Part shown: in pieces, positions 49,355 to 59,700 of the stretch
Position numbering within the stretch: the stretch's first letter is position 1
How the letters are laid out: each line of letters starts with the position of its first letter
Sequence record: OR836606.1
DNA: 64,000 nt
Direction: 5' to 3' (one strand)
The notes under the pieces: generated by a model
What the model was told of the DNA's origin: nothing
Databases searched by the model: none
Seen by the model: only the letters and a program-made list of their open reading frames with translations
Translations under genes and position numbers: made by a program

Positions 49355-50191
49355 TTAAATATAAATAATATATTCTATATCTAATCCATCTGATAAGTTC
49401 TTCAAAGAACGACTATCAAATGTAAGTCTTGTAGCCAATTCAGTACCATCAAATTTATTTTCATTTTCATTATATTTAGCTAACCATAAACCTAACTCAT
49501 TTACAATAGAACCTCTAGCTTCATCTGGTTCCACTGACATTTTTAATGAAAATGCAACTGATCCATCTTCATTATCAATAATCCATCCTTTTGAATCTCC
49601 AAGAGGATTTTCTTTAGTCGCATTAGTAAAACGTTTACCATAGAAACTAGTAGTTCCATCTTGTTTATCTTCAGGGAGATAATATTTTTTTCTCTGTTCT
49701 TCAGATAATTCTTCAATCATACTAGGATTATTTGCAGTTAAATCGGAATTTTCTTTATCCGGATTTTCTACTACAAATGGAATTGGTCTGTTTAATTTTT
49801 GATCTGAATACTTAACCGTATAAGGTGAAAAGGCGGCATTGTTAACATCCGCACCACCTGACCCAATTGAAAATAAACAAATTGTACGATCAGGGGTATC
49901 ATCTGCATTATAATTTGAAGGTACACCTTTACCAAATAATTTTTCTAATAACCAAACACGAGTTCTCATTAAAACTAAATTTTCTTCTTGATGTATTAAT
50001 TCACCCGTTTTAGGATTAGAAAATTTAACAATACCTTTAATATAATTCCCGATATTTTCTTTAAAATCTGATTTGTTATCAATAGCATTAGACACTCTTG
50101 ATTCTACTCTTGAGCTTATCTCATCTATTTTTTCTTGTTCCATAGCTTTACTTTCAACAAGTCTTCTTGAAAATCTATCAAAATTAAACAA
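49355..50191 (-). CDS. Putative baseplate / tail-collar structural protein
   Basis: IGSGG...VNELGLW...TRLTF pattern; tail module context; AAGGGAG SD. Confidence 0.45.
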   Translation of the reverse strand: MFNFDRFSRRLVESKAMEQEKIDEISSRVESRVSNAIDNKSDFKENIGNYIKGIVKFSNPKTGELIHQEENLVLMRTRVWLLEKLFGKGVPSNYNADDTPDRTICLFSIGSGGADVNNAAFSPYTVKYSDQKLNRPIPFVVENPDKENSDLTANNPSMIEELSEEQRKKYYLPEDKQDGTTSFYGKRFTNATKENPLGDSKGWIIDNEDGSVAFSLKMSVEPDEARGSIVNELGLWLAKYNENENKFDGTELATRLTFDSRSLKNLSDGLDIEYIIYI

Positions 50192-50195
50192 GCTT

Positions 50196-52760
50196 TTAAT
50201 CTCCCTTCTTAACTATTGAGAATTTCAGTTCATCTCTAATCTCAATATTTTCTTTTCTATTAATTTTGTCAGTAATATTTTTATTATCAAGCGTATTTAT
50301 TTTATCTACTTTTTTAGAGTTTCCATTATATTTAATATTAGATTCATCTATCAAATTTATACTATTTTCAAATTTATCATCTAATTTAAATAATAGACTA
50401 GTATAAATTAAATCAGTTGAATAGGATTTAAATAATGTAATTAAAATAGTGATATAGTCTCTGATAAAATTAACTATACCTACAAAATTACTATTAGTAA
50501 AATACTGTTCTTTTAAATTTAAATGGTTATCAATACTGCTGACTAATTCAAAAATCCGTTCTCTAAAAATAGTTTCTCTATCAAATGTATCTTCATCGTA
50601 TATTTCCGATTCTACAATAGTATAATAATACAAATCAGGTTCTTTAAATTTAAGATAATCTGAATAAGTCTTAAAACCATTAAATACATCATTACTAGAA
50701 TTATTAATAAATAGTTGTTTATGCAGTGTAATAAATTTTTTTCTTAAATGTGGATCATCTGCATTATATATTAGTTCTTCTAGTTCTTTACGGAATTTCT
50801 CATTATGTTTATACATATCAATAATATCATAAATATTTATTAAGTCTTTATCAGAATCATCGTAAACTAATATATCTGAAATATATGATTTTAATGCAGG
50901 ATATCTAGATATTTGTTTTTTAGAAGTGTATTGATTATTTTTAATTGAATAATCTATAGATTTCCTAATTGCATTAACTATATTTTCGATAGTTTCTCCA
51001 TTTTTATTATCTTTATATCTTTTATATGATTCATTTAAAAATCTAACATTCATAACTTTAACAAAATCTTTTAATTCTTTATCAATTGAATCATCTTCAA
51101 TCATTATTTTATATACATCTTCTCTATTAATTCTTCCATCTCTTACCATTACATTTAAGAATTTCTTATATATTTTCATAAAGTTTTCATAATAAGAAAT
51201 ATTTTTAAATAAAAAGTTTCTTTCTGGTTTTGATATTTGAGTCCATAAATATCTCATGCCATCAATGATTAAATCATTTTCAATATAATATTCTAATTGT
51301 GTTGATCCATTTTCACCAGTTAGCATTTCAGAAATAAATTTAAATTGTCTTTGAGCTAAATCAGAAGATTCATATTCATTTATAATATCTTCATAACTTA
51401 ATGTATTTCTATTTTTAAATTTCTTAATATTAAGAAAATTTAGTTCTCTAGCAAAAACGATATAATCCGATTTATCAAATTGTCTAGAATAAATATAACT
51501 ACGAATATCATCTACAGTTTCTTTTATATCTGAATTAAAATTATACGCATATATATTCATATTTTTATCATTTTTAATTCTATCATTCCATTTAATATAA
51601 TTTATGACAAGAGTATTAAGCGTAACAATTCCGTCAAAAACATTAAACTTCCTAGAACTAATTCTTGTATTAGTCATATTAAAACTATCATCTTCAATAA
51701 TATTTTTATCTTCTTTCATTGAGTTAATTAAACTGTATAGAAATGATAAAGATTTACTATTATTAATTATATCTATGACAGCATCAGTAGAAAGATATTT
51801 AGTTTGTATTACGTTAAATGCTTTATCCATAATTTCTTCTTTAGTATTTCTCCAATATGGATCAAGATCAACAATTTCATTGTAACTATACTGATTATCT
51901 TTATATGGATTAAAATTGTCATTTACATTGGTTTTATAAAATTTTAAATCATTTGAATGTTTAGCTAAGTAATATTTATTAATATCAATAGAATTAATAG
52001 AGAATATTTCTTCAATTATAGGAAATATTTCATTAGTGCCTTTATTTCTAATTAATTCATTTAATCTCTTGTAAGTTCTTCTTTGATATTCAAGCGGGAA
52101 CTCGTCAAAATAATCCAAACCATTAGATATAAATGCATTTTTAAGATCCCTCTTTGTATATCTATCAACATCAAATATTCTATACATAGTTTTATTAATA
52201 TATCTATGTAAAGTTGCATTAATTAGATACATATAAAACATTTCTCTGTAATATATTTGATTATTAAATGCTCTAGTGTGAGTTACTTTTTTAAAATATT
52301 CAACTGATTCTGTATAGCTTTCCAATAATAAAGATTCTTCTTTACTATCTAGAGTCTTATTAAGTGCCTTTATTATTTGAAAATCACTAGTCGTTCTTGA
52401 ATCGTACGGATCAATATTATATAAATTTTTTAACTTACCATAATATGGATTTTTTTCTTTATATGTTCTTAATATACTATCTCTATCGAAAACTGAATAA
52501 TAATCGTCAAGAGTGTTATCTTTAGCTCTTATATATAAATCAGATTCCATCATTGAATCATTTGATTCTAATTTATCTGCCATTGATTGATCTTTAATAA
52601 TTAGACCTTGACAATACTTAATGACATCATCTAAATTTTCTATATCTTCTTCAGTAAATGCTTTATAAAAATAGAGAGGATTGTATTTTCTTAAATCATC
52701 TTTACTGAATCTATTAAAATCATTAAATTCTATAGCCATTATATCTCTTTTAATCCTCAC
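50196..52760 (-). CDS. Putative baseplate wedge protein
   Basis: LIRNKGTNEIFPIIEEIF (KGT motif of wedge proteins); late promoter upstream. Confidence 0.55.
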   Translation of the reverse strand: MRIKRDIMAIEFNDFNRFSKDDLRKYNPLYFYKAFTEEDIENLDDVIKYCQGLIIKDQSMADKLESNDSMMESDLYIRAKDNTLDDYYSVFDRDSILRTYKEKNPYYGKLKNLYNIDPYDSRTTSDFQIIKALNKTLDSKEESLLLESYTESVEYFKKVTHTRAFNNQIYYREMFYMYLINATLHRYINKTMYRIFDVDRYTKRDLKNAFISNGLDYFDEFPLEYQRRTYKRLNELIRNKGTNEIFPIIEEIFSINSIDINKYYLAKHSNDLKFYKTNVNDNFNPYKDNQYSYNEIVDLDPYWRNTKEEIMDKAFNVIQTKYLSTDAVIDIINNSKSLSFLYSLINSMKEDKNIIEDDSFNMTNTRISSRKFNVFDGIVTLNTLVINYIKWNDRIKNDKNMNIYAYNFNSDIKETVDDIRSYIYSRQFDKSDYIVFARELNFLNIKKFKNRNTLSYEDIINEYESSDLAQRQFKFISEMLTGENGSTQLEYYIENDLIIDGMRYLWTQISKPERNFLFKNISYYENFMKIYKKFLNVMVRDGRINREDVYKIMIEDDSIDKELKDFVKVMNVRFLNESYKRYKDNKNGETIENIVNAIRKSIDYSIKNNQYTSKKQISRYPALKSYISDILVYDDSDKDLINIYDIIDMYKHNEKFRKELEELIYNADDPHLRKKFITLHKQLFINNSSNDVFNGFKTYSDYLKFKEPDLYYYTIVESEIYDEDTFDRETIFRERIFELVSSIDNHLNLKEQYFTNSNFVGIVNFIRDYITILITLFKSYSTDLIYTSLLFKLDDKFENSINLIDESNIKYNGNSKKVDKINTLDNKNITDKINRKENIEIRDELKFSIVKKGD

Positions 52761-52779
52761 TTTCTTATTTTATATTTAA

Positions 52780-52791
52780 TAAAAAGTTGTT
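52780..52791 (-). promoter_or_regulatory. AR9-type late promoter
   Basis: AACA ACTTTT TA on the minus strand. Confidence 0.6.
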
Positions 52792-53180
52792 AAGTAACAT
52801 TATATATTTTATATAATATTTTAATTTATTATAAAGGTATCAGGATAATACATATATAAGAAATCTTCTTACAATTATATTAACTTGATATAGATTTATT
52901 AAAACTTAATATTATAAAGAAGAATTAATATATTTATATTTAAATATAAATATATTAATTCACACTTTTAATTTTTTATAATTAAAGAATCTTTATTAAG
53001 TTAATATAAATTACTGTATTTATTAATTTTATCATAATTTTTTTAATAATTGAATTAATAATTAATTATAGTTGCTTTTGAATAACTATTTAAATATAAA
53101 TTTTTAATAAATTGATATAATAATTATATATAGATTAGTAAATAATAATTTTTAAAAATAAGGGGGATTAGGGGGTAGAA

Positions 53181-53270
53181 AATTTTTTAATAAATATATT
53201 TTTAATTAATAAATTTTTAATAAATATATTTTTAATTAATAAATTTTTAATAAATATATTTTTAATTAAT
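53181..53270. repeat. Three tandem 30-bp A/T-only repeats in a long AT-rich intergenic region
   Basis: Unit AAATTTTTAATAAATATATTTTTAATTAAT x3, preceded by AGGGGGATTAGGGGG. Confidence 0.85.
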
Positions 53271-53279
53271 AAAAAGGAT

Positions 53280-53924
53280 TTGATAAATAAAATGAATAAT
53301 ATAGATATAAAATACAAAAGTGATAATATTAATAATAAAGTTAAATTAAATAGAAATAATAGAATCAATAATATATTAATTAAAAAAGATTCAAATAATA
53401 ATACAACATTAGTAAATAAAAAAAGTAAATTTCAAATATCAAGTTTATACTTTGAAATAGAATCAGAAAATAGTTTAAAGAAATTTATTAAGAATGTAGA
53501 AGGATTGGTAAGAAGATCAAATGAATATAAAAAGTATTTATCAATATTAAAAGAAGAATATAATTTAAAAAATGATATAACAATGTCAAATTTATCGGAT
53601 GATATGGTTACAATGGAATATCATCACTTTCCTTTTACATTATATGAAATTGTAGAAATAGTAGTTAATAGAGCTATTATGGAAGACGAACAATTCACAT
53701 CAATAGATATAGCAGAAAGAGTTATGAAATTACATTTCGATAATAAAGTAGGCTTAGTATTATTATCCAAAACAAATCATCAATTAGCTCATGCAGGTAA
53801 AATTATCATTCCACTATCTTCAATATTTGGTAAAGTAAATGAATTTGTTTCGTATTATAAAGACTATATGTTAGATCATCAAATAGAACAGTATAATGAA
53901 TTATTAGACGCTTCAAATATATAA
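53280..53924 (+). CDS. Hypothetical protein with a possible HNH-like motif
   Basis: MEYHH...VLLSKTNHQLAH pattern. Confidence 0.45.
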   Translation: MINKMNNIDIKYKSDNINNKVKLNRNNRINNILIKKDSNNNTTLVNKKSKFQISSLYFEIESENSLKKFIKNVEGLVRRSNEYKKYLSILKEEYNLKNDITMSNLSDDMVTMEYHHFPFTLYEIVEIVVNRAIMEDEQFTSIDIAERVMKLHFDNKVGLVLLSKTNHQLAHAGKIIIPLSSIFGKVNEFVSYYKDYMLDHQIEQYNELLDASNI

Positions 53925-54004
53925 TAAAATTATAAACATTATTTAAATATATATTATATAAATGAGATTAATAATAGTTAAATAATCTTAAATAATTTTT
54001 ATAA

Positions 54005-54808
54005 ATGGAGATGAAATGGATAATGGAAGAATTAAACCAAGCAATTGAATTATTTAATAATGACTTAGAAAGAATTAATGAAGATATTTCAAATGTATTA
54101 ATGAAAGAGATGAAAGAAGAATCTAATAGAAAAGAATTAGAAATCTTAGAAGAACGATTAGGTTCAACTGGAGATAGTAAAACATTTAGAGATTTTTATA
54201 GTATGAAAATGATTAGAAGAAAATCAGATAATATTACTGGTTTGTCATATTCTGATTTTATTAAATTCTTTACTGATGAAAATGAATTAAACAGTGAAGA
54301 AAATTTTGCAAGAAATATTATGGATTTCTTATCTATGTCTAGAAGTGTAAATATTAGTGAATTTCTTCCAGAAGGACAAAGTAATATTAGTGAAAGAGTA
54401 TTTGCATTAATGTTAAGTTATACCGATGAAAATATGGGAACTAATTTAAACTTTCAAGAAATATATAATATAATTTTAGTGACTTATATTGATTTATTTG
54501 TATACTATAATAAATCAGATTTAATTAAAGGTAATGATATCACTAAAAAAGATAATAAAATTATTAAGAATTTTTCAGATTCAATTATTAATGAATTTTT
54601 AAATGAATCTATTAAAGCCATGCAAGCTAGTGAAGCTATTAAAATTAATTCAAGAAAAATTCCTAAGAATATTAATCCGATAGAAATGATATCTTTAGAA
54701 CAAATAGGCAAAATTAAAGCTGAAGAAGCTGAAGGAACTTCTAAAGAATTAAATGCTAATATGCTTTTAGTAAAAACTATTCTTGAATATAGAGCTAATG
54801 TAAAATAA
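54005..54808 (+). CDS. Hypothetical protein
   Basis: 267-aa helical ORF followed by a terminator. Confidence 0.65.
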   Translation: MEMKWIMEELNQAIELFNNDLERINEDISNVLMKEMKEESNRKELEILEERLGSTGDSKTFRDFYSMKMIRRKSDNITGLSYSDFIKFFTDENELNSEENFARNIMDFLSMSRSVNISEFLPEGQSNISERVFALMLSYTDENMGTNLNFQEIYNIILVTYIDLFVYYNKSDLIKGNDITKKDNKIIKNFSDSIINEFLNESIKAMQASEAIKINSRKIPKNINPIEMISLEQIGKIKAEEAEGTSKELNANMLLVKTILEYRANVK

Positions 54809-54815
54809 TAAAATT

Positions 54816-54847
54816 GAGGTAACTATCATTAATTTGATAGTTACCTC
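54816..54847. terminator. Bidirectional terminator
   Basis: GAGGTAACTATCA / TGATAGTTACCTC 13-bp stem. Confidence 0.75.
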
Positions 54848-54863
54848 TAATATTTTATTTTTT

Positions 54864-56126
54864 TTAAAATATATCCATTTTGTATAAATCTTTTTTTCTT
54901 CCTTGATTTATTAATTCATTTATCATATTAATCTTACGTGTATCTGTATACATTACAAGTGTATGAACTTTATTATCTTCAGGTTCTTTTACAATTAATT
55001 CAAAAGTATCATAATCAACAAAATATTCATTTTTACTCATAGGTTTATTATTCTTAAATAGTTTAAATTCTACAATTTTTTGAATATCTCCATTAATTTT
55101 ATTAATCTCTTTAATTGAGTTTATAACATCTTTTTCCAATATTTCTTCAATCTGAGTTGAATCAAATTTAACATTCATTTCAGTATTAAAGTTTCTTTCT
55201 AATAGTAACTTCATTCCTCTTTCATTCTCTTTAGGAATCATATCTTGTAAAATAGCAATATCAAATTGTAAAACATCATCTGAAATTGAATCAATTTCTC
55301 TTTGAATATTAAAGTCATCTTCAATTTCTAATATATAGCTACCAGGTACCCACAATTCAGCAGATATCGCATATCTAACCGAAGCTGATTTATTTATTAA
55401 ATTAGTTATTTCTTTTTCATAATTAGTTAAATCAGGGTAATTTAATAATATATTAGTGGTATAATCATAAGTATATTTTTCTTTGCCTGTAGATAAATCT
55501 TTTTTATTAGTAATTGGACCTAATCCATTTGTCATTAAATAATCATTCAATTGCATTCTATCTTTATTGTTATTAATATCTAAACCTAATTTTCTACATA
55601 TATTAACAATAAATATCTCTGGTAATTTTGTTGGTATTCTTATTCCGTTAGCGTAATTATATCCACCATTTTCAAATGTTTGATTAATGTGATTAAGAAC
55701 ATTCCAAGCGCCCATTTCTGTTTGTAATAATATACCATAATTAAATACTATTTTATATCTTTGAGGTACTGTATATATTCTAATTCCTCTTGTATCATCT
55801 TCAAATATTAATCTATAATTTCTTTTAAGATTTTTCATTATAAATCTATCAGTTTTATGCCACATAGGTAAACCTGACATAAAACCATCTCCTAATTCAA
55901 ATTGAGTATTCATTGATAAATGAGGAAATCCTCTTTTACGTTCTTTCATATCTTTTAATGAATTTGAATTAAGGGAAGTATTTACATAAGTTGAAACAAA
56001 AAAATTGCTAGGGAACATTGATTTAAAATAGTTCCACATAAATGATTGCACTCCTGATATAACGCTAGATAATGAAGGCGATGCAGTACACATGGAATAA
56101 CCATTTTCTTTTCCTAAATGAGGCAT
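54864..56126 (-). CDS. Hypothetical structural protein (tail-completion-like?)
   Basis: 420-aa ORF with AGGTAG SD; function inferred from context only. Confidence 0.4.
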   Translation of the reverse strand: MPHLGKENGYSMCTASPSLSSVISGVQSFMWNYFKSMFPSNFFVSTYVNTSLNSNSLKDMKERKRGFPHLSMNTQFELGDGFMSGLPMWHKTDRFIMKNLKRNYRLIFEDDTRGIRIYTVPQRYKIVFNYGILLQTEMGAWNVLNHINQTFENGGYNYANGIRIPTKLPEIFIVNICRKLGLDINNNKDRMQLNDYLMTNGLGPITNKKDLSTGKEKYTYDYTTNILLNYPDLTNYEKEITNLINKSASVRYAISAELWVPGSYILEIEDDFNIQREIDSISDDVLQFDIAILQDMIPKENERGMKLLLERNFNTEMNVKFDSTQIEEILEKDVINSIKEINKINGDIQKIVEFKLFKNNKPMSKNEYFVDYDTFELIVKEPEDNKVHTLVMYTDTRKINMINELINQGRKKDLYKMDIF

Positions 56127-56243
56127 ATATCTCTACCTACTTTCTATTAGTTTCATAATAAATAAAATGTTGAGTAATTTTTTAAAATGCTATAATAACT
56201 TAATTTATATTATAAATATTAATTTAAAAGGAGTTTTCTAAAA

Positions 56244-56666
56244 ATGGTAGAAACAATTGAACAAGTTACAATTAAAAATAAAGATTTGCAAACTGTATAT
56301 GATGTGTTATTTAACATCCCACTTAATGGTAATAAATCTAGACATAGAACTAAATTTGTAAATAATATCAAAGAGGCGTATGAAGAATATGCTAAAGATA
56401 GACAAGATATGATTAATGAATTTTCTAAAAAAGATGAAAATGGTAATATTATTAAAGATCCTAAAGACTCAAGAAGTATCATCCTTAATATAGATGAATT
56501 TCCGAATGCTAAAGAAGATATATTGGCTATTGATGAAGAAAAAGCAGTAATTGTTGTTAGAGATAAATATATTTTATTAGATATTATTGATAATATGGAA
56601 ATTCAACTATCAGGGGAAAAAGCTATTATTATTGATACGTTAGCTGAACAATTAGAAGAATATTAA
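56244..56666 (+). CDS. DUF1617-like phage tail-region protein
   Basis: LNGNKSRHRTKF...EEYAKDRQDMINEFSKKDENGN pattern; AAAAGGAG SD. Confidence 0.55.
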   Translation: MVETIEQVTIKNKDLQTVYDVLFNIPLNGNKSRHRTKFVNNIKEAYEEYAKDRQDMINEFSKKDENGNIIKDPKDSRSIILNIDEFPNAKEDILAIDEEKAVIVVRDKYILLDIIDNMEIQLSGEKAIIIDTLAEQLEEY

Positions 56667-56678
56667 TAATTGATATGA

Positions 56679-56690
56679 AACACATTAATA
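56679..56690 (+). promoter_or_regulatory. AR9-type late promoter
   Basis: AACA CATTAA TA upstream of the giant fibre gene. Confidence 0.6.
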
Positions 56691-56720
56691 TCAATTAAAT
56701 GAAAGGATGGTGAATTAAAT

Positions 56721-59700
56721 TTGATTAGTATTCTAGATAAAGAACGTAAAAGAATTGAAGGTAAATTAGTTTCAGGAACTTTTGAAAATGTAATTTCCTA
56801 CGAGAAATTAGTATATGATTTTAGTAAGAAAACTGAAATCATTAACATTGAATTCAAAAGTAAAAACTATATTTCAGAAAATACACATATAATTATTAAA
56901 GATGAAAGCAAGAATAATTCTGAATTTGTATGTATTAAAGAAGATGGTTTAAAATCTTCATTAATCCCTGCTTATGTAAAAGATTTAAATAATATTTTTA
57001 TGAATTCCAATAAAGAATTAAAGGGACAATTAAAATCAATATTGAGTACTTTATTACTAAATACAGGATATAATATCGAGTATAATGATTTGGTTGTTGA
57101 TGAAGAAATTACTTTATCTAAAAGTAATAAATCAGTATTCGAAAAATTATTGGATATTTTATTTGAAAAAGATTTATCTATTAGACATAAGTATGATATT
57201 AATACAAATGAAAGAGCTTTAATAATTAATAAAGGTAAAGATTTAAGAAAATCTAATCCTAAAGAAATTTCTGGTAGAATTCCTGGTTTTGAATTTAATG
57301 TAGATAAACCAAATATTAAAACTGGTTTAATTATGTATAATGAAAATAACGAATCTATTACCGTTAAAGATTCATTAAACCAAGCTAGATTTATTAAAGA
57401 TGAAAATTATATATTTGATACTATGGAAGTTAAAGGAAAAACCAGAGATGAAATGGAAGAAATCGCTTTTAAGTACCTCAATGACAGTTCTTTGAATGCT
57501 ATAGATTTAAAAATGACTGGTTTAGTATTAAGAAATTGGACTAACTGTCATTATAATAAATTTATATCAAGTCAAATATTCATCAATTATAAAAATATAA
57601 AACCTGAATTAATCGCAGGTTTTCAAATATATAAATTAGAGAGAAGTTTATTCGATTACAATATAGAGAAATTTAACTTCTTTGCTAAGTATAAAAATTC
57701 TAATGAAATTTATAAACCTGAAATGTTAGAGAATTATACTAAATATGCTAATGATGACATCTTTATTAAAGACAATACATCTTCTAAAAATAATAATGTT
57801 AAATTAGTTGAATCTTTAGTTAATAAACAATTAGAATCATTTAAAAATTATATTAATGATATTAGCGGTGATAAATATAATGGCGTAGATGGATTAAGTG
57901 TATTGCAATCAAATAAAGAACTTAATTTTGATGCCATTATTTCCGATTTTAATTTAATTAAATCTCAAAAAGATCAAGTTGTTAACCAATTAAAATCTAT
58001 ATTTGATTCAGCTTATCTTAAAGAAGATTCAATTAAGATTCAAGTTAGAGATAAAATTAATGAGATTGATAATGAATTTAATAAAATTAAATCTGAAGTT
58101 AATAAGCTTAATAGGGCCGACCAAAATGAATCATTAATGAAAGATATTAATAAATCTTTTGTAGAATTCTATTTTGTAGTTAATAGTACCAAACGTATTA
58201 TTGAGTTATCTAATGAAGCTATTAATTTGGAAATGAATAAACTTCAAAATGAATATTCTCATGGCATTAAAGATAGTGTGTTTTCTGAAATTGGAAGAGT
58301 TTTAGGATTATCTTATGATAGTAAAACTCAAAAATTAACAGGAGATATTAATGTAACTGAAGATATCAATGAAGTAAAAACTTCTTTAGAATTAATGAAA
58401 ATTAAAGTTGCTAGAATTGAAAATGAACTTAATGATTCTGATAGAGAACTAAAAGAAAGCTTAATTCAATTAAAAGAAAATATATCAAAAGTATTAGGTT
58501 TACCTCTTAACTCTGAATCTGGTTTAATAGATGGTACTATAGATAAACAGGATACGTTTGATCTTATCCAAGAACATATTCAAAAAACTAAAGATGAAAT
58601 TGCTGAAACTAAATCCAACTTAGAGAATGCTAAAACAGAATTAGAAAAACAAAAAGATGAATTAGATCAAAAATCTAAAGACATAGATAAAGCTATGGCT
58701 GAAGCTAATAGAGTTAGAGAAGATTTAGGTCAAGAATTAGAATTATCAAAGAAAGAATTTAATTATTACATGGATTCTCGTGGAGATAATTTAATTTTTA
58801 ACGGTAATGCAGATCAAGGAGATGAATCAAACTTTCCTGGAATGTATTATGATAATTCAGATGCCTTCCAATCAGCAGCTTCATTTAGAATGGAAGGATT
58901 TAACGCTACCGTTTCTTCTGAAAGATTAATACCAATTAATCCGGAGAAAACATACAAACTCTCTATGTTTATGAAAAATAATACTTCTCTTCCTTCTTCT
59001 ATAGGTCATTTAAGTTATGATAAAGACGGACAATTGATAGAATCTCAACATGTAATGGGTAGTGAGAAACCTGTAATTGAACTAGCTCAAGAATTAAGAC
59101 AAGGAGATAAAGTTATTTATTTCAAAAGTCTTGATGGTCTCGATGACACTTATAGATTTCAATCTGCACCTTTAGAAGATGAAGATGATACACCTGTTTA
59201 TGATTATGATAGAGGTGGATCGGTTATATTACCTAGTGATGCAGACGATATTCTTTCTATAGATGATCCTAACGCATTACCTGATGAAGAAGATAAAGTG
59301 ATATATGCAGATGATACTCCTGAAGAAGATAAAACTATAGAACCTGATGTCCCGATGCCTGATTCTGATCAACCAGTTGAAACTAATTCAACACCTTTAG
59401 ATGAAGAAGAAGCTATTAAAAATATGACTAATAACTACAACGTATCTAATGCTGGAATTATTAATAGAAATATTAATCCTAATTTAACAGATTATAATGA
59501 TAATCATTCATTAGTTATTTGGAATTTCAAGAGTAATGATGGTTATAATTATGGAGAATCAACATATTCTAGAAATGTATTCATGAACGGTTGGGATTTT
59601 GGAGCTATTGATAGAGAAAATAATTGTATCTATTTAAATAGACCTTTTGATTTAATTAACTATGATTCTGAAGATGGAAGTTTCCCTGCTGACACTAAAG

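Noticed and set aside
50451-50460. GATATAGTCT match to the intron S element
   Set aside because: Lies inside an uninterrupted minus-strand ORF with no P, Q or R elements nearby
53181-53270. CRISPR array
   Set aside because: Repeats are directly tandem with no spacers, and no cas genes are present
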